From Candidatus Berkelbacteria bacterium (GTDB taxonomy: Bacteria > Patescibacteriota > UBA1384 > XYA2-FULL-43-10 > 1-14-0-10-43-13), in contig JBAXEI010000003.1 of assembly GCA_037140515.1 (NCBI GenBank), forward strand, positions 300 through 64,299: a stretch of DNA of 64,000 bases, written 5' to 3'. Positions 36,190 through 47,770 of this stretch are shown here, in pieces (position 1 is the first letter of the stretch; each line of letters starts with the position of its first letter). Under the pieces are notes generated by a model. The model saw only the letters and a program-made list of their open reading frames with translations, did no database searches and was not told where the DNA came from. Made by a program: the position numbers and the translations under genes.

Positions 36190-36603
36190 TTATTCTTTAC
36201 CAGACTTAGCGCCGTATTTTGATCGGCTCTGTTTGCGGCCTTTTACACCAGTAAGGTCTAACTTACCGCGAACAATATGATATCGCATACCAGGAAGGTC
36301 TTTTACACGACCGCCTCTGATGATAACAACTGAATGCTCTTGAAGATTATGTCCTTCGCCACCGATGTAAGCGTTGACCTCATAACCATTTGTAAGTCTG
36401 ACACGTGCAAATTTACGAAGAGCTGAGTTAGGTTTTTTTGGAGTCATCGTACCGACTTTGATACAAACGCCACGTTTCTGTGGGCAACCAAGCTTAACCG
36501 GTCTGTTTTGAAGGTAATTAAAAGTGCTCTTCAAAGCAGTCGTCTTGGAACGCTTAGTTTGTTTTTGTCGGCTTTTTCGGATTAATTGGTTTATCGTTGG
36601 CAT
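36190..36603 (-). CDS. rpsL: 30S ribosomal protein S12
   Basis: [27 protein letters not shown]. Confidence 0.99.
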   Translation of the reverse strand: MPTINQLIRKSRQKQTKRSKTTALKSTFNYLQNRPVKLGCPQKRGVCIKVGTMTPKKPNSALRKFARVRLTNGYEVNAYIGGEGHNLQEHSVVIIRGGRVKDLPGMRYHIVRGKLDLTGVKGRKQSRSKYGAKSGKE

Positions 36604-36637
36604 AGAAATATTCGATAAGTTAATAAATTACTTTCAA

Positions 36638-36666
36638 AAGATAGCATAAAATTCATAGATTGTCAA
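36638..36666 (-). promoter_or_regulatory. rpsL promoter
   Basis: TTGACA-17nt-TATCTT with TG extension. Confidence 0.65.
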
Positions 36667-36744
36667 AGAGTCGGACGCTGCCACCCTCTCCGCCTTTTGA
36701 CGAAGAGAGCGACAACATATATTTTCTAGACAATTTTTGAATTT

Positions 36745-39700
36745 TTATTCAGCTCGGTCCATGAACTCTTGCTCTGCAGCAAGCTCGGCAGCTTCTTCCT
36801 CTTCAGCGTGTAGACCAGTACCAGCAGGAATGAGTTTGCCCAAGATGACATTTTCCTTCAAACCTCTCAAGTAGTCGATCTTGCCTGAGATAGCAGCGTC
36901 GATCAAGATTGAAGTTGTTTCCTGGAAGGAAGCAGCAGATAGGAAGGAGTCAGTCTTAAGCGCAACACGAGTGATACCCATGATGATATCGTCAGTCGTA
37001 ACCTGTTTCTCGCCTTCTTCTTTCAATCTCTTGTTCTCAGCGTTTACATCGAATCGTGAAACGATCTGACCAGGAAGATATTTTGATCCACCCTGTTCGA
37101 GAATCTTCACCTTGCTATTCATCATTCGGATGATAACTTCGATATGTTTGTCGTTGATATCTTGACCCTGTGATTCGTAAATAGCCTGAACTTGTTTGAT
37201 GATATAGTTTTGAGTTTTGACGATACCAACAAGCTTGATGCTAGACGAAAGATCCCAGTGACCTTCAGTAAGTGCAGTCCCCTTCTCAACAACATCGTTG
37301 TTCTTGACGAGAAGCTGAGTAGTTTTGGATACTGTGTATTCACGAACTGCATCGCCGTGTCCAACAACTTTTGCTTTGCTGCCCTTGATTGTGACAACAC
37401 CAGCGATTACGCTGCGGATTGGCTTAGCATCGGCTGTTTCGCTCTCAGCAAGTGTTTGATTTTTCACAACTTGTGAGCCAGTCTCAACGATGAATTTGTA
37501 GCCCTTAGAAAGAACATACTCGTCCATCTGCTCGCCTTTGCCAGCAACTGTAAGCTTGATAAGATCGCCCTCTTTTTTGACAGAAACAGCGCCTGCAAGC
37601 TCAGAAAGGATTGCTGGTTTCTTTGGAACTCGAGCTTCGAAAAGCTCTTCAACACGAGGCAAACCTTGAGTAATATCTTCTCCGGCAGCACCACCAGTAT
37701 GGAAAGTACGCATAGTAAGCTGTGTGCCTGGCTCACCAATAGCCTGAGCGCCGATGATACCAACGGCTGTACCTTCGACAACTGGATTACCAGTCGCAAG
37801 GTCGATACCGTAACATTTCTGACAAATACCACGTTTAGTTTCGCAGCCAAGAAGTGAGAATACCTGAACTTCCTCAATCTTCATTTCGTTGAGGACAGCG
37901 AGCTCGTTTAGGCCGATAACAGTGCCTGTTTTGAAGCCAGCAACGTCTGCGCCAAGAGTTCGGCCAAGAACGTGGATATCCCATTTGTCGCCAGACTCTT
38001 CATAGAAGCTACGTGCAAGTGTTCTTGTATTTTTTGTACCACAATCGATTTCAGTAACTACGACGTCCTGAGATACATCAACAAGACGACGAGTTAGGTA
38101 ACCAGCTTCAGAAGTTCGTAGAGCTGTATCAGCACGACCCTTTCTAGAACCATGAGTTGATACGAAGTACTCGAACACAGTCAAACCTTCCTTAAAGTTG
38201 GATTTGATAGGAAGCTCGATAATCGCACCAGTTGGATCAGAAACAAGGCCTTTCATACCAGCAACCTGTGTCATCTGAGATACTTTACCACGGGCACCAG
38301 AGTCCATGATGACGAATAAGTCGTTGTCTTTTGGATATTTGGATACCATGTCTTTTTCAATCTGGCTCTGAGCATCCATCCAGATTTCGATAGTTTTGGC
38401 ATATCTTTCTTCGTCAGTGATAAGACCACGAAGATACTGTCTGTCTACGGTTGCAACAACTTCACCTGATTTGGCAAGAATTGCCTCTTTTGTATCTGGA
38501 ACACAGATGTCGTCGATTGCAAAGGTGTAGCCAGCTTTTTGAGCGTAGATGAAGCCAAGGTCCTTCAAATCGTCTACGAAGACTGCAGCTGTGTGTGTAC
38601 CGAGTTGGCGATAAACCAAGTCAACCATCTTGTTGATCGATTTTTGATCAAGCTGAGTGTTGATGTAGCCAATTTCGTTTGGAATGATTTCGTTGAAAAG
38701 AACACGGCCAATCGTTGTTTCAGCGATTTCGCCTGTGTTTAGTCTGACTTTGATCAAAGCTTGGTGATCAACATCGCCCAAGTGAAAAGCGGTAACAGCT
38801 TGATTTTCGCTAGCGAAAGTGTGGCCTGTACCCTTAGCTTCTGGCTTCATTCCTGTCAAGAAGTTGATACCAAGAACGATATCAAATTTTGTTGTAAGAA
38901 TTGGATCGCCAGATGCTGGTTTGAGCAAGTTTTTGGAAGCAAGCATGATCTCGCCAGCTTCTTTTTGAGCTTTGTCAGAAAGTGGCAAATGGACAGCCAT
39001 TTGGTCACCATCAAAGTCGGCGTTGAAAGCAGAACAAACGAGAGGGTGGATCTGAATCGCTTTACCCTCGATCAAGATTGGTTGGAAAGCCTGAATACCA
39101 AGTCTGTGAAGCGTAGGGGCGCGGTTTAGAAGGACGAATTTGTCTTTGATGACATCTTCTAGGATATCCCAGACAAATGATTCGCCACGGTCAATAAGTC
39201 TTGTTGCATTTTTTACATTGTGAACATAGCCTTCTGAGATCAAACGTCCGATAACGAACGGTTTGAAGAGCTCAAGAGCCATGACTTTTGGCAAGCCACA
39301 CTGATGAAGTTTCAAGCGTGGGCCAACGACGATAACGGAACGTCCAGAGTAGTCAACACGTTTACCGAGGAGATTCTGTCGGAAACGTCCCTGTTTACCA
39401 CGGAGCATATCTGAGAGTGATCGAAGTTTTCTTTTGCCACCAGTTGAGGAAGCGATTTTGTCTTTTCGTGCTGAATTATCGATAAGAGCATCAACAGCCT
39501 CTTGAAGCATTCTCTTCTCATTTCGGCAGATAACTTCTGGAGCGCCCTGAGAAAGCAATCTCTTCAAACGATTATTTCTGTTGATTACACGTCGATATAG
39601 GTCGTTCAAGTCTGAAGCGGCAAAACGGCCACCGTCAAGCTGAACCATAGGACGAAGATCTGGTGGAATGACTGGAAGTCTTGAAAGAACAAGCCAAGCA

Positions 39701-40527
39701 GGATTCATACCAGCAGCGTTCATAGCCTGAAGGACACGAAGTCTCTTTAGAGTTTTAGTGCGATTTAGCCCTGTTTGTTTCTTTGCATCTTCACGAGTTT
39801 TGGTAATTTCGTCTTCGAGATTAAGGTTCTTTAGAAGCTCAAGAACAGCTTCAGCACCGATGCCGACTTTGACGATTTGACCGTATTTCAAGTTTAGCTC
39901 GCGATATGTAAGCTCAGAGATGATTTTGCCTGCAGCAAGACCAGTAAGCTCGTTCTTTGTCTCTTTGTAGACTTGATCGATCTCAATCTTAGTTGCGTCA
40001 CCCTCTTCAGGATTTTTGAGGCCAGCGATGAACTCTTTGTACTCTTTTTCAAGATTTTCGAGAGAAGACTGCTGAAGCTCTTCGTTGACACCCAAGATAA
40101 CGTAGCTGGCAAAATAAGCGATCTTTTCGATCTCAGAGCCAGACATGTTTAGGATTGTTGAAACAACGCTTGAGCTGCCACGTGCGTACCAGATGTGAGC
40201 TACAGGAACTGCAAGGTCGATGTGACCCATGCGAATACGACGAACAGCAGATCGAGTAACCTCAACGCCGCATTTGTCGCAGATTACGCCCTTATAGCGA
40301 ATCTTCTTGTATTTGCCACAATAACATTCCCAGTCTTTGGTTGGTCCAAAGATCTTTTCGCAGAAGAGACCGTCTCTTTCTGGCTTTTGTGTTCGATAAT
40401 TGATCGTCTCAGGCTTCAGAACCTCGCCATGAGACCAGTTGAAAATATCTTCAGGAGAAGCAACCGAGAGTCGGATTGCTTCAAAGTCAGATACTGTGAC
40501 TTGATCTCTTACTTCTACATTTGACAT
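36745..40527 (-). CDS. rpoC: RNA polymerase beta' subunit
   Basis: Zinc finger CYCGKY..CDKC; NADFDGD; [13 protein letters not shown]. Confidence 0.99.
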   Translation of the reverse strand: MSNVEVRDQVTVSDFEAIRLSVASPEDIFNWSHGEVLKPETINYRTQKPERDGLFCEKIFGPTKDWECYCGKYKKIRYKGVICDKCGVEVTRSAVRRIRMGHIDLAVPVAHIWYARGSSSVVSTILNMSGSEIEKIAYFASYVILGVNEELQQSSLENLEKEYKEFIAGLKNPEEGDATKIEIDQVYKETKNELTGLAAGKIISELTYRELNLKYGQIVKVGIGAEAVLELLKNLNLEDEITKTREDAKKQTGLNRTKTLKRLRVLQAMNAAGMNPAWLVLSRLPVIPPDLRPMVQLDGGRFAASDLNDLYRRVINRNNRLKRLLSQGAPEVICRNEKRMLQEAVDALIDNSARKDKIASSTGGKRKLRSLSDMLRGKQGRFRQNLLGKRVDYSGRSVIVVGPRLKLHQCGLPKVMALELFKPFVIGRLISEGYVHNVKNATRLIDRGESFVWDILEDVIKDKFVLLNRAPTLHRLGIQAFQPILIEGKAIQIHPLVCSAFNADFDGDQMAVHLPLSDKAQKEAGEIMLASKNLLKPASGDPILTTKFDIVLGINFLTGMKPEAKGTGHTFASENQAVTAFHLGDVDHQALIKVRLNTGEIAETTIGRVLFNEIIPNEIGYINTQLDQKSINKMVDLVYRQLGTHTAAVFVDDLKDLGFIYAQKAGYTFAIDDICVPDTKEAILAKSGEVVATVDRQYLRGLITDEERYAKTIEIWMDAQSQIEKDMVSKYPKDNDLFVIMDSGARGKVSQMTQVAGMKGLVSDPTGAIIELPIKSNFKEGLTVFEYFVSTHGSRKGRADTALRTSEAGYLTRRLVDVSQDVVVTEIDCGTKNTRTLARSFYEESGDKWDIHVLGRTLGADVAGFKTGTVIGLNELAVLNEMKIEEVQVFSLLGCETKRGICQKCYGIDLATGNPVVEGTAVGIIGAQAIGEPGTQLTMRTFHTGGAAGEDITQGLPRVEELFEARVPKKPAILSELAGAVSVKKEGDLIKLTVAGKGEQMDEYVLSKGYKFIVETGSQVVKNQTLAESETADAKPIRSVIAGVVTIKGSKAKVVGHGDAVREYTVSKTTQLLVKNNDVVEKGTALTEGHWDLSSSIKLVGIVKTQNYIIKQVQAIYESQGQDINDKHIEVIIRMMNSKVKILEQGGSKYLPGQIVSRFDVNAENKRLKEEGEKQVTTDDIIMGITRVALKTDSFLSAASFQETTSILIDAAISGKIDYLRGLKENVILGKLIPAGTGLHAEEEEAAELAAEQEFMDRAE

Positions 40528-40560
40528 ATAACTCCTATTTGATTCTATAAATGATTATTA

Positions 40561-43500
40561 TTACTCTTCGTCCGAACCTTTTTCCTCAAAGGTGATGTCT
40601 TCATCTTCTGGGGTTTGCTCTGCAGCTAATTCAGTCAATTTCTCATCAAGTTCCTCATCGAAAGAGCCTTCGTCGTCAAGAGATTCGTCATAATTTAGAA
40701 CGATCGGAGTTTTCTCCATCTCTTCTGGCTTCTCAACAGGCATATTTTCAAGTTCCTGTGCTTCTTCCTTCGTCGTGATCAAGTCTACATCCAAGCAAAG
40801 GCTCTGGAGCTCTTTGACCATAACGTTGAAGGCCTCAGGAATGATTGGTTTTTGTATCTTTTCGCCCTTGATAATTGCTTCGTAAATCTTGCTTCTACCG
40901 ATAATATCATCAGATTTGATAGTAAGCATCTCTTGAAGTGTATGAGCGGCGCCGTAAGCTTCAAGCGCCCAAACTTCCATCTCACCAAATCTCTGTCCAC
41001 CAAACTGTGCTTTACCACCGAGAGGCTGCTGAGTAATCATGGAGTATGGACCAACTGAACGTGCGTGCATCTTATCATCAACAAGGTGATGAAGTTTCAA
41101 GATATACATAATGCCGACAGTAGATTTGTGTGCAAAAGGCTCACCAGATTCACCATCAAAAAGCTGAATCTTACCATCTTCTGGAAGACCTTGCTCCTTC
41201 AATCTAGCCTTGATCTCGTCGATCTTGATACCTTCAAATACTGGAGTTGCAATCTTGTATCCGCCAGCCATCGCTGCAAGACCCAAATGAGTCTCAAGGA
41301 TCTGACCAACATTCATACGAGAGATAACACCAAGTGGATTCAAGACAACATCTACAGGGCGACCGTCTGGCATATATGGCATGTCCTCTTCAGGAAGGAT
41401 GACCGAAATAACACCTTTATTACCATGTCGTCCAGCAAGTTTATCACCAACAGAAATCTTGCGAAGCTGAGCAACTGAAATCTCAACCATTTGGTCAACA
41501 CCAGTAGAGAGCTCATCGCCGTTTTTGCGGGAGAAGATTTTGATATTTACGACTTTGCCGTATTCACCATGCGGAAGTCTGAGTGATGAATCACGAACAT
41601 CTTTGGCTTTTTCACCGAAGATTGCCCGAAGCAATTTCTCTTCGCTTGAAAGCTCAGTCTCACCCTTAGGTGAAATTTTACCAACAAGAATGTCGCCAGA
41701 TTTGACCTCGGCGCCAACTCGAATAATACCAGTCTCATCAAGGTTTGAGAGAGCTTCTTCAGAAACATTTGGAATGTCTCTGGTAAGAGTCTCAGGCCCG
41801 AGCTTAGTATCACGAACTTCGGTAGAATATTGTTCGATATGAATAGAAGAAAGAGTGTGCTCCTTCATCAAACGATCAGAGATGATGATAGCATCCTCAA
41901 AGTTTGAACCGCCCCATGATAGGAAGGCAACTAGAAGGTTTTGGCCAAGCGCGATTTCACCGTTATCAGTAGCAGAACAGTCAGCGATGACTACATCTTC
42001 TTCGACTTTGTCTCCGACAGAAACTGTCGGACGCTGGTTGATAAGCGTACCCTGATTTGAACGAGTGAATTTCTCGAGCCAGTATTCATCAACTTCGCCT
42101 TTAGCAGGCTTGATTCTGATCAGCTTGGAAGAAACGTGCGTAACTGTGCCAGCGTTTCGAGAAAGGATGATCTGTCCTGAGTAGTGAGCAGCTGCTGCTT
42201 CCATACCAGTACCAACCATTGGAGAGTCTGGACGAACGAGAGGAACAGCCTGACGTTGCATGTTCGAGCCCATCATCGCACGAGCACCATCGTCGTGCTC
42301 AACAAAAGGAATAAGTGAAGTTGCGATTGAGAGAATCTGTCGAGGTGAAACGTCCATGTACTGAACTTTGGTTGCATCTTCGATATCTGGGTGACCAAAA
42401 CGTCGAACGATAACACGAGCATCTTTGATATTGTTGTCTTTGTCGAGCTCAACTGAGGCAGGTGAAATGATAACTTTTTCTTCCTGACCAGCGTCAAGAA
42501 ACTCAGATTCGTCAGTCACATGCATTTTGCCTTTGACATTTTTCACGATTCGATAAGGAGTCTCTAGGAAACCATAGTCGTTGATTCGAGCAAATGTAGC
42601 CATGTAAGACACCAAACCAATGTTTGGACCTTCAGGCGACTCAATAGGACAAATTCGGCCATAGTGAGATTCGTGAACGTCACGAACTTCGAAGCCAGCA
42701 CGCTCTCGAGACAAACCACCAGGACCAGTAGCCGAAAGAGTTCGTTTGTGCTCAAGCTCTGAGAGTGGATTGGTCTGATTCATGAACTGTGAAAGCTGTG
42801 ATGAAGAGAAGAACTCTTGCATAGCAGCAACGATTGGGCGGGAGTTTACCAAAGCAGACGGAGTGATATCAGTAGGCTCAAGAACACTCATACGGTCTTT
42901 GATAATTCTCTCTACGCGAAGTAGACCAACGCGAACGCGGCCTTGGATTGATTCACCCACAGCCTTGATACGTCGATTTTTGAGGGCATCTGTATCGTCA
43001 GCTTGTGCGTCTGGAGTATTGTTTAGACGAATAATTTCTTTAACGATTTGAATGAAGTCTTCACGTCGGAATACGCGGTTTTCAACTGTGTTTGCGATAT
43101 CGACACCAAGACGCTGATTGAATTTATAACGGCCAACGCGACCCATGTCATATCTCTTTGGGTTAAAAAGCATTGTCTCGATGAAAGATTTTGCAGATTC
43201 TGCAGTAGCAAGATCGCCTGGACGAATACGTTTGTATGTCTCAACAAGACCTTCATCGTAGTTTGAAGAAGGGTCTTTGGCGATAGTTGCCTCGATATAT
43301 TTCATCTCTTCGTTGTCATCTACATCTGAAAAAGTTGCTTTGAGCTCTTCATCAGTCGCGATTCCGAGCGCGCGAAGGAAAGTTGTGATAGGGATTCTTC
43401 TTTTGCGATCAACTTTTACAGTGATTACACCCTTTGAATTTGTCTCGAGCTCAAGCCATGCGCCACGATTTGGGATAACCTTAGCACCAAAAAGCTTTTT

Positions 43501-43950
43501 GCCGTTGACCTGCTCAGCTGTGAAGAGTACGCCGTATGAACGTACGATCTGAGATACGACACATCGCTCAACACCGTTGATGATGAAAGTACCGCAGCGA
43601 GTCATGACTGGGAAGTCACCAAGGAAAACTTCACCTTCTTTGATCTCTTTTGTCTGCTTGTTTAGAAGAGACAATTTGACACGAAGAGGAGCCTTGTAAG
43701 TCAGATTTTTCTCACGGGCAGTTTTCTCGTCGATACGAGGCTTGTCCATGTAGAAGTCTGTAAATGATAGAGAGTAAAGTTCGCCGGCGAAATCCTCAAC
43801 TGGTGAAATTTCGTCAAAAAGTTCTTTCAAGCCCTCCTTGAAAAACCATTCGTATGATTTTGTCTGAATCTCGATCAGATTCGGCATTTTTTCGAATACC
43901 TCCTCCTGTCGAGGGATGATTCGTTTTACTGGTTTATTGGTGGCCAACAT
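40561..43950 (-). CDS. rpoB: RNA polymerase beta subunit
   Basis: GSNMQRQA, GDKLAGRHGNKG, GGQRFGEMEVWALEAYGA. Confidence 0.99.
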   Translation of the reverse strand: MLATNKPVKRIIPRQEEVFEKMPNLIEIQTKSYEWFFKEGLKELFDEISPVEDFAGELYSLSFTDFYMDKPRIDEKTAREKNLTYKAPLRVKLSLLNKQTKEIKEGEVFLGDFPVMTRCGTFIINGVERCVVSQIVRSYGVLFTAEQVNGKKLFGAKVIPNRGAWLELETNSKGVITVKVDRKRRIPITTFLRALGIATDEELKATFSDVDDNEEMKYIEATIAKDPSSNYDEGLVETYKRIRPGDLATAESAKSFIETMLFNPKRYDMGRVGRYKFNQRLGVDIANTVENRVFRREDFIQIVKEIIRLNNTPDAQADDTDALKNRRIKAVGESIQGRVRVGLLRVERIIKDRMSVLEPTDITPSALVNSRPIVAAMQEFFSSSQLSQFMNQTNPLSELEHKRTLSATGPGGLSRERAGFEVRDVHESHYGRICPIESPEGPNIGLVSYMATFARINDYGFLETPYRIVKNVKGKMHVTDESEFLDAGQEEKVIISPASVELDKDNNIKDARVIVRRFGHPDIEDATKVQYMDVSPRQILSIATSLIPFVEHDDGARAMMGSNMQRQAVPLVRPDSPMVGTGMEAAAAHYSGQIILSRNAGTVTHVSSKLIRIKPAKGEVDEYWLEKFTRSNQGTLINQRPTVSVGDKVEEDVVIADCSATDNGEIALGQNLLVAFLSWGGSNFEDAIIISDRLMKEHTLSSIHIEQYSTEVRDTKLGPETLTRDIPNVSEEALSNLDETGIIRVGAEVKSGDILVGKISPKGETELSSEEKLLRAIFGEKAKDVRDSSLRLPHGEYGKVVNIKIFSRKNGDELSTGVDQMVEISVAQLRKISVGDKLAGRHGNKGVISVILPEEDMPYMPDGRPVDVVLNPLGVISRMNVGQILETHLGLAAMAGGYKIATPVFEGIKIDEIKARLKEQGLPEDGKIQLFDGESGEPFAHKSTVGIMYILKLHHLVDDKMHARSVGPYSMITQQPLGGKAQFGGQRFGEMEVWALEAYGAAHTLQEMLTIKSDDIIGRSKIYEAIIKGEKIQKPIIPEAFNVMVKELQSLCLDVDLITTKEEAQELENMPVEKPEEMEKTPIVLNYDESLDDEGSFDEELDEKLTELAAEQTPEDEDITFEEKGSDEE

Positions 43951-44103
43951 TGCTCTCCTTAAATATATTATTATTTATGATGTTATAGACGCAAAAATTC
44001 ACCCTACTTTTCGTAAGGGAATAAATTTAAAAAACCTGCTCGCTTAGAGTACAATTGATGCCCAATTTCTTGATCCACTCTAAAAATTATTCTATTAACA
44101 TAG

Positions 44104-44132
44104 ATAATAGCACACAAGAAACCACCTGTCAA
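44104..44132 (-). promoter_or_regulatory. rpoB promoter
   Basis: TTGACA-17nt-TATTAT with TG extension. Confidence 0.65.
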
Positions 44133-44226
44133 CACAAGGGCCGTTCGAATAGTTCAATAAATAGAGTATAAATATTGGCAATCTGGTTGTCAATATCCCG
44201 AGCTCAAACAGGATTTGCTTGAGCTT

Positions 44227-45201
44227 TTATAGTCCGAGTTCTTTTTTGACTGTGTTTGCGAGCTCAAGGACGCCCTCGCGAGTAGCAGCAGAGACAAACA
44301 ATGGTTTGATTTTCTTTTTCTTGAGAGTAGCTGAACGCTCTTTGAGCGTATCTTTGTCGACTGTATCGATCTTGTTGATGATGACAACTTCTGGCTTCAA
44401 GAGTAGCTCTTTGGAGAATTCACCGAGCTCTTTGCGGATCATCTGGTAATCTTCGAGATAATCAGCTGAGTTTGCATCGATAATATGGAAAAGCATTTTT
44501 GTGCGCTCAATATGTTTCAAAAATTTGATTCCGAGACCTTTGCCGGCTGAAGCGCCTTCGATAAGGCCTGGGATGTCGGCGAAGATGATACGGCTGTCTT
44601 TGTCGACAAAAGTACCAAGATTTGGCTCAAGAGTGGTAAATGGATAGTCGGCAATCTTCGGATGAGCATTTGTAAGGATAGAAAGAATCGTAGATTTGCC
44701 AGCATTTGGCTGTCCAATAAGTCCCACGTCCGCGATTGTCTTCAAAACAAGTCGAAGCTTCTTTGACTCGCCCTTCAAGCCTTCTTTAGCCCACTGTGGA
44801 GCTTGTTTGATCGAGGTCGCGAAGTGTTGGTTACCCCAGCCGCCGTTTCCACCTTTTAGAAATGTAAACTCTTCCTGATCGTTTGTGAGGTCAAGCAAGA
44901 GGTTATCCTTCTCGTATATCTGAGTACCAGCTGGAAATTTCAAAATGAGATCATCACCGTTTTTGCCTGAGCAGTTGCAGCCTAGGCCTTTTTGACCGTC
45001 TGGAGCCAAGAAACGCTTCTGACGATTGTAGAGAGAGAGTCCGTGAGTAGAATTGTCGACTTTGATGATGATATCGCCGCCACGTCCACCGTCACCACCG
45101 TTTGGACCACCATTTGGGATATATTTTTCATGACGAAAAGAGACGCAACCGTTGCCGCCGTTTCCCGCTTTGATATAGATTTCTGATTCATCAATAAACA
45201 T
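44227..45201 (-). CDS. obg: GTPase Obg/CgtA (no C-terminal domain)
   Basis: Gly-rich Obg fold, GQPNAGKS, YPFTT, DIPG, NKID. Confidence 0.96.
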   Translation of the reverse strand: MFIDESEIYIKAGNGGNGCVSFRHEKYIPNGGPNGGDGGRGGDIIIKVDNSTHGLSLYNRQKRFLAPDGQKGLGCNCSGKNGDDLILKFPAGTQIYEKDNLLLDLTNDQEEFTFLKGGNGGWGNQHFATSIKQAPQWAKEGLKGESKKLRLVLKTIADVGLIGQPNAGKSTILSILTNAHPKIADYPFTTLEPNLGTFVDKDSRIIFADIPGLIEGASAGKGLGIKFLKHIERTKMLFHIIDANSADYLEDYQMIRKELGEFSKELLLKPEVVIINKIDTVDKDTLKERSATLKKKKIKPLFVSAATREGVLELANTVKKELGL

Positions 45202-45208
45202 AAAGCTT

Positions 45209-45217
45209 ACTATAGCA
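45209..45217 (-). promoter_or_regulatory. Extended -10 promoter, candidate leaderless obg transcript
   Basis: TGcTATAGT ends 7 nt before ATG; no SD. Confidence 0.55.
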
Positions 45218-45267
45218 TAAATCTTCTGGCTTAGCTAGTGCATATAACGAGAATTTACAAATTATAG

Positions 45268-46425
45268 TTAGAATGGCTTGACCGTGTGACCATTTACGAT
45301 TTTTTCAAAATGAAGATGAGGCCCAGTTGAACGGCCAGTACTGCCTGACAGACCAATTCGCTGACCTTGCGAGACTGTGTCTCCTGGAGAAACGAGAATT
45401 TGACTAAGATGGCCATAACGAGTAGCCACACCGTCACCATGAGAAACAACGATCTCATTCCCATAGCCACCGGACCAGCCAGTTGAGATTTTGATGACGA
45501 CACCGTCAGCAGCTGAGACTACAGGGGTTCCAATGTTTGCACGATAGTCGACTCCTGTATGGCCGCCAACGCCAAAACCCTGCGAGATGCCGTTGCCGTT
45601 AATCGGTACAATCAGACTAACGCCACCGCTATTTGCCGTATATTCTGCGGAAGAAGTCAGCTTCACAGTTGCTGAGCTCCTTGTTGTGGTATTTCTTTTT
45701 GCTGCAGAAGCTGCAGCTAGCTTCGCAGCTTTGTCCTTGTCTTTCTTTGCAATCAGCGCGGCAGGAACTTCGTAGCCACGAACTGAGATTTTGAGTCGAG
45801 TACCTGGCTTTACTGTGTTTACATTATCAATATCATTTACATATTTGATCGTTGCAAGCTTCAATCCAAATTTTTGGGCGACGGATGAGAGATTATCTCC
45901 TTGACGAATAACGTAGTACACTTCTTCTTTGGAATTGTCTGGCAGCGGCGTAATTCTCTGAGTAATCTGCGTATCAAAAGGTGCAACATTCTCCACAAAA
46001 CCGCCAGCACGAGCCGCAAGCTCATTACTTTTTTCAATTACAGCAGCGTCACCAGCGATTTCTGGCGTATAAATATCAATCGAGTCAGTGATCTGATACT
46101 CATCATCAGGATCAATGGAGACAAGCTCAGAGGTAAGATTTAGTGCAGCTGCTCTCTCTGAAACATTTGAAACAACAACGGTCAATATCAAAAAAACTAT
46201 CGCCGCGTGGGGCAGATAGTGGCTATAGACATTTGAGTCCTGAATTCGTTTTTTCGCTTCTTTCAGACGTAAAAATAAGCTCCTAAAAGAACTCGCTATG
46301 TTTATTATCGGGACGAACACATTTTTGATTTGAAAATGAGGTCCACTGCTCGAATCAATTTTTTGCTCAGAAGGCTCTTCCTGCTTTGAGGAGAGAGGAG
46401 ATTCTGGAGCATTGTATAAAGCCAT
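45268..46425 (-). CDS. LysM-domain M23 family metallopeptidase
   Basis: Transmembrane helix; LysM YVIRQGDNLSSVAQKFG; HTGVD, YGH, STGPHLHFE. Confidence 0.92.
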   Translation of the reverse strand: MALYNAPESPLSSKQEEPSEQKIDSSSGPHFQIKNVFVPIINIASSFRSLFLRLKEAKKRIQDSNVYSHYLPHAAIVFLILTVVVSNVSERAAALNLTSELVSIDPDDEYQITDSIDIYTPEIAGDAAVIEKSNELAARAGGFVENVAPFDTQITQRITPLPDNSKEEVYYVIRQGDNLSSVAQKFGLKLATIKYVNDIDNVNTVKPGTRLKISVRGYEVPAALIAKKDKDKAAKLAAASAAKRNTTTRSSATVKLTSSAEYTANSGGVSLIVPINGNGISQGFGVGGHTGVDYRANIGTPVVSAADGVVIKISTGWSGGYGNEIVVSHGDGVATRYGHLSQILVSPGDTVSQGQRIGLSGSTGRSTGPHLHFEKIVNGHTVKPF

Positions 46426-46560
46426 ATATTTGTCACCAAACTTTTCACCTGGTGTTAGAAAATATTAACATTCATCTGATCTCAATGTCAAGCAAAAACA
46501 AACTCAAATCGAAAGATCTGCCCACTATAAAAGTCGGCTCCAAAACTATAGTCTGTGAGT

Positions 46561-47754
46561 TTATTTTGCACGAAATACAATTTGGGTCGGTGTGACACTC
46601 GTCACTATCACATCTGCAGGAGCCTTAATGTCTACAGGCGCAAGTGAATAGGTAATATCGCCATTAACCGATGGTCTAGTCTCGGGGTTCACGAGGACTG
46701 AGAAGTCAGCACCTGTGAGAGCGTTTATCGCAGAAAGTGGCCCACGAACGCGGATTTTGACTGATGTCGGCGTGTATGTGTAGAGACTTGAGCCCAAGAA
46801 TTGAAAAAGGGTAACATCAAATTCGCGAAAAGCTTCGGCGAGTGAAATCTGCACAGTGACGTGAACTTTGGTATTTGCCGCATTATAGAGCGTCACCCCA
46901 CTTGGCAAAACCAGCCCAACATCAGTCGCGGTATCTGCCGCAAGATCGCTCACGCTTATCGGCTGTGTTTCTAATACTTTGATCTTGTCGATAACATCTT
47001 TTGGCCCAGAAATATCTATCGTATCTGGAGTGACCTGAATGCCTGAAATATAATAATTTGTCCGGACAACTCCGCTCGTGTCCGCGGTAATGCCGACAGT
47101 TTTGATATTTGCGCCCTTAGCCAGAGTGACAGTAGCCTCAGTCTCCACAGGATCAAGTATTGCGTTTGAGCCTGCATTTGAATCAAGTGCCACAGCTGCT
47201 TTTTTGACGAAGCTAGCTGCCTCTCCATCTGCCTTGACAGGTACTGTAATCTCCAAAATAGTATCAAGCACCTGCTTCGAACCAGTAACAGTCACTGTGT
47301 TTGGATTTAGGGCTATTTTGTCCACGATCATCCCCTCGGCGAGGTTACCGTCAATCTTGCCTTTTAGTGGCACTTCTTTACTAATGGTTTTTTCCAGTGT
47401 GACCATGATCTTTTCTGGAGACTTTGATATGACCGAAACTGTGCTTTGTTTGGAGGTGACGATTACATCGATTTCATTTGTCCCCTCTTTCAAACCTTTC
47501 AAGTCGACATACGCTGAGAAATTGCTAGGAGCGAGTTTCTGCCAGATGCCTTGCTTCGCCATAATCTTGATTTCTACAGTCTTAGAGCCAAGAATAGGGG
47601 TGAGACCGCTAGGGACATTTATTGTCTCGATTGTGAGATTACCTGGAAAATTTGCGACCATGCTCTGACTAGACGCAACATAGCCCCAGAGCAGAGTGGC
47701 ACCAACTAGGCAAAGTATTTTGATCAATAAGTTCTTTTTGAAGTGGTCAAACAT
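46561..47754 (-). CDS. cdaR: CdaR / YbbR-domain regulator
   Basis: N-terminal helix K..L..A.LLW.YV; repeated P.TV.V.G YbbR motifs; directly downstream of cdaA. Confidence 0.8.
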   Translation of the reverse strand: MFDHFKKNLLIKILCLVGATLLWGYVASSQSMVANFPGNLTIETINVPSGLTPILGSKTVEIKIMAKQGIWQKLAPSNFSAYVDLKGLKEGTNEIDVIVTSKQSTVSVISKSPEKIMVTLEKTISKEVPLKGKIDGNLAEGMIVDKIALNPNTVTVTGSKQVLDTILEITVPVKADGEAASFVKKAAVALDSNAGSNAILDPVETEATVTLAKGANIKTVGITADTSGVVRTNYYISGIQVTPDTIDISGPKDVIDKIKVLETQPISVSDLAADTATDVGLVLPSGVTLYNAANTKVHVTVQISLAEAFREFDVTLFQFLGSSLYTYTPTSVKIRVRGPLSAINALTGADFSVLVNPETRPSVNGDITYSLAPVDIKAPADVIVTSVTPTQIVFRAK

Positions 47755-47770
47755 AGAAAAGTACCGTTAT

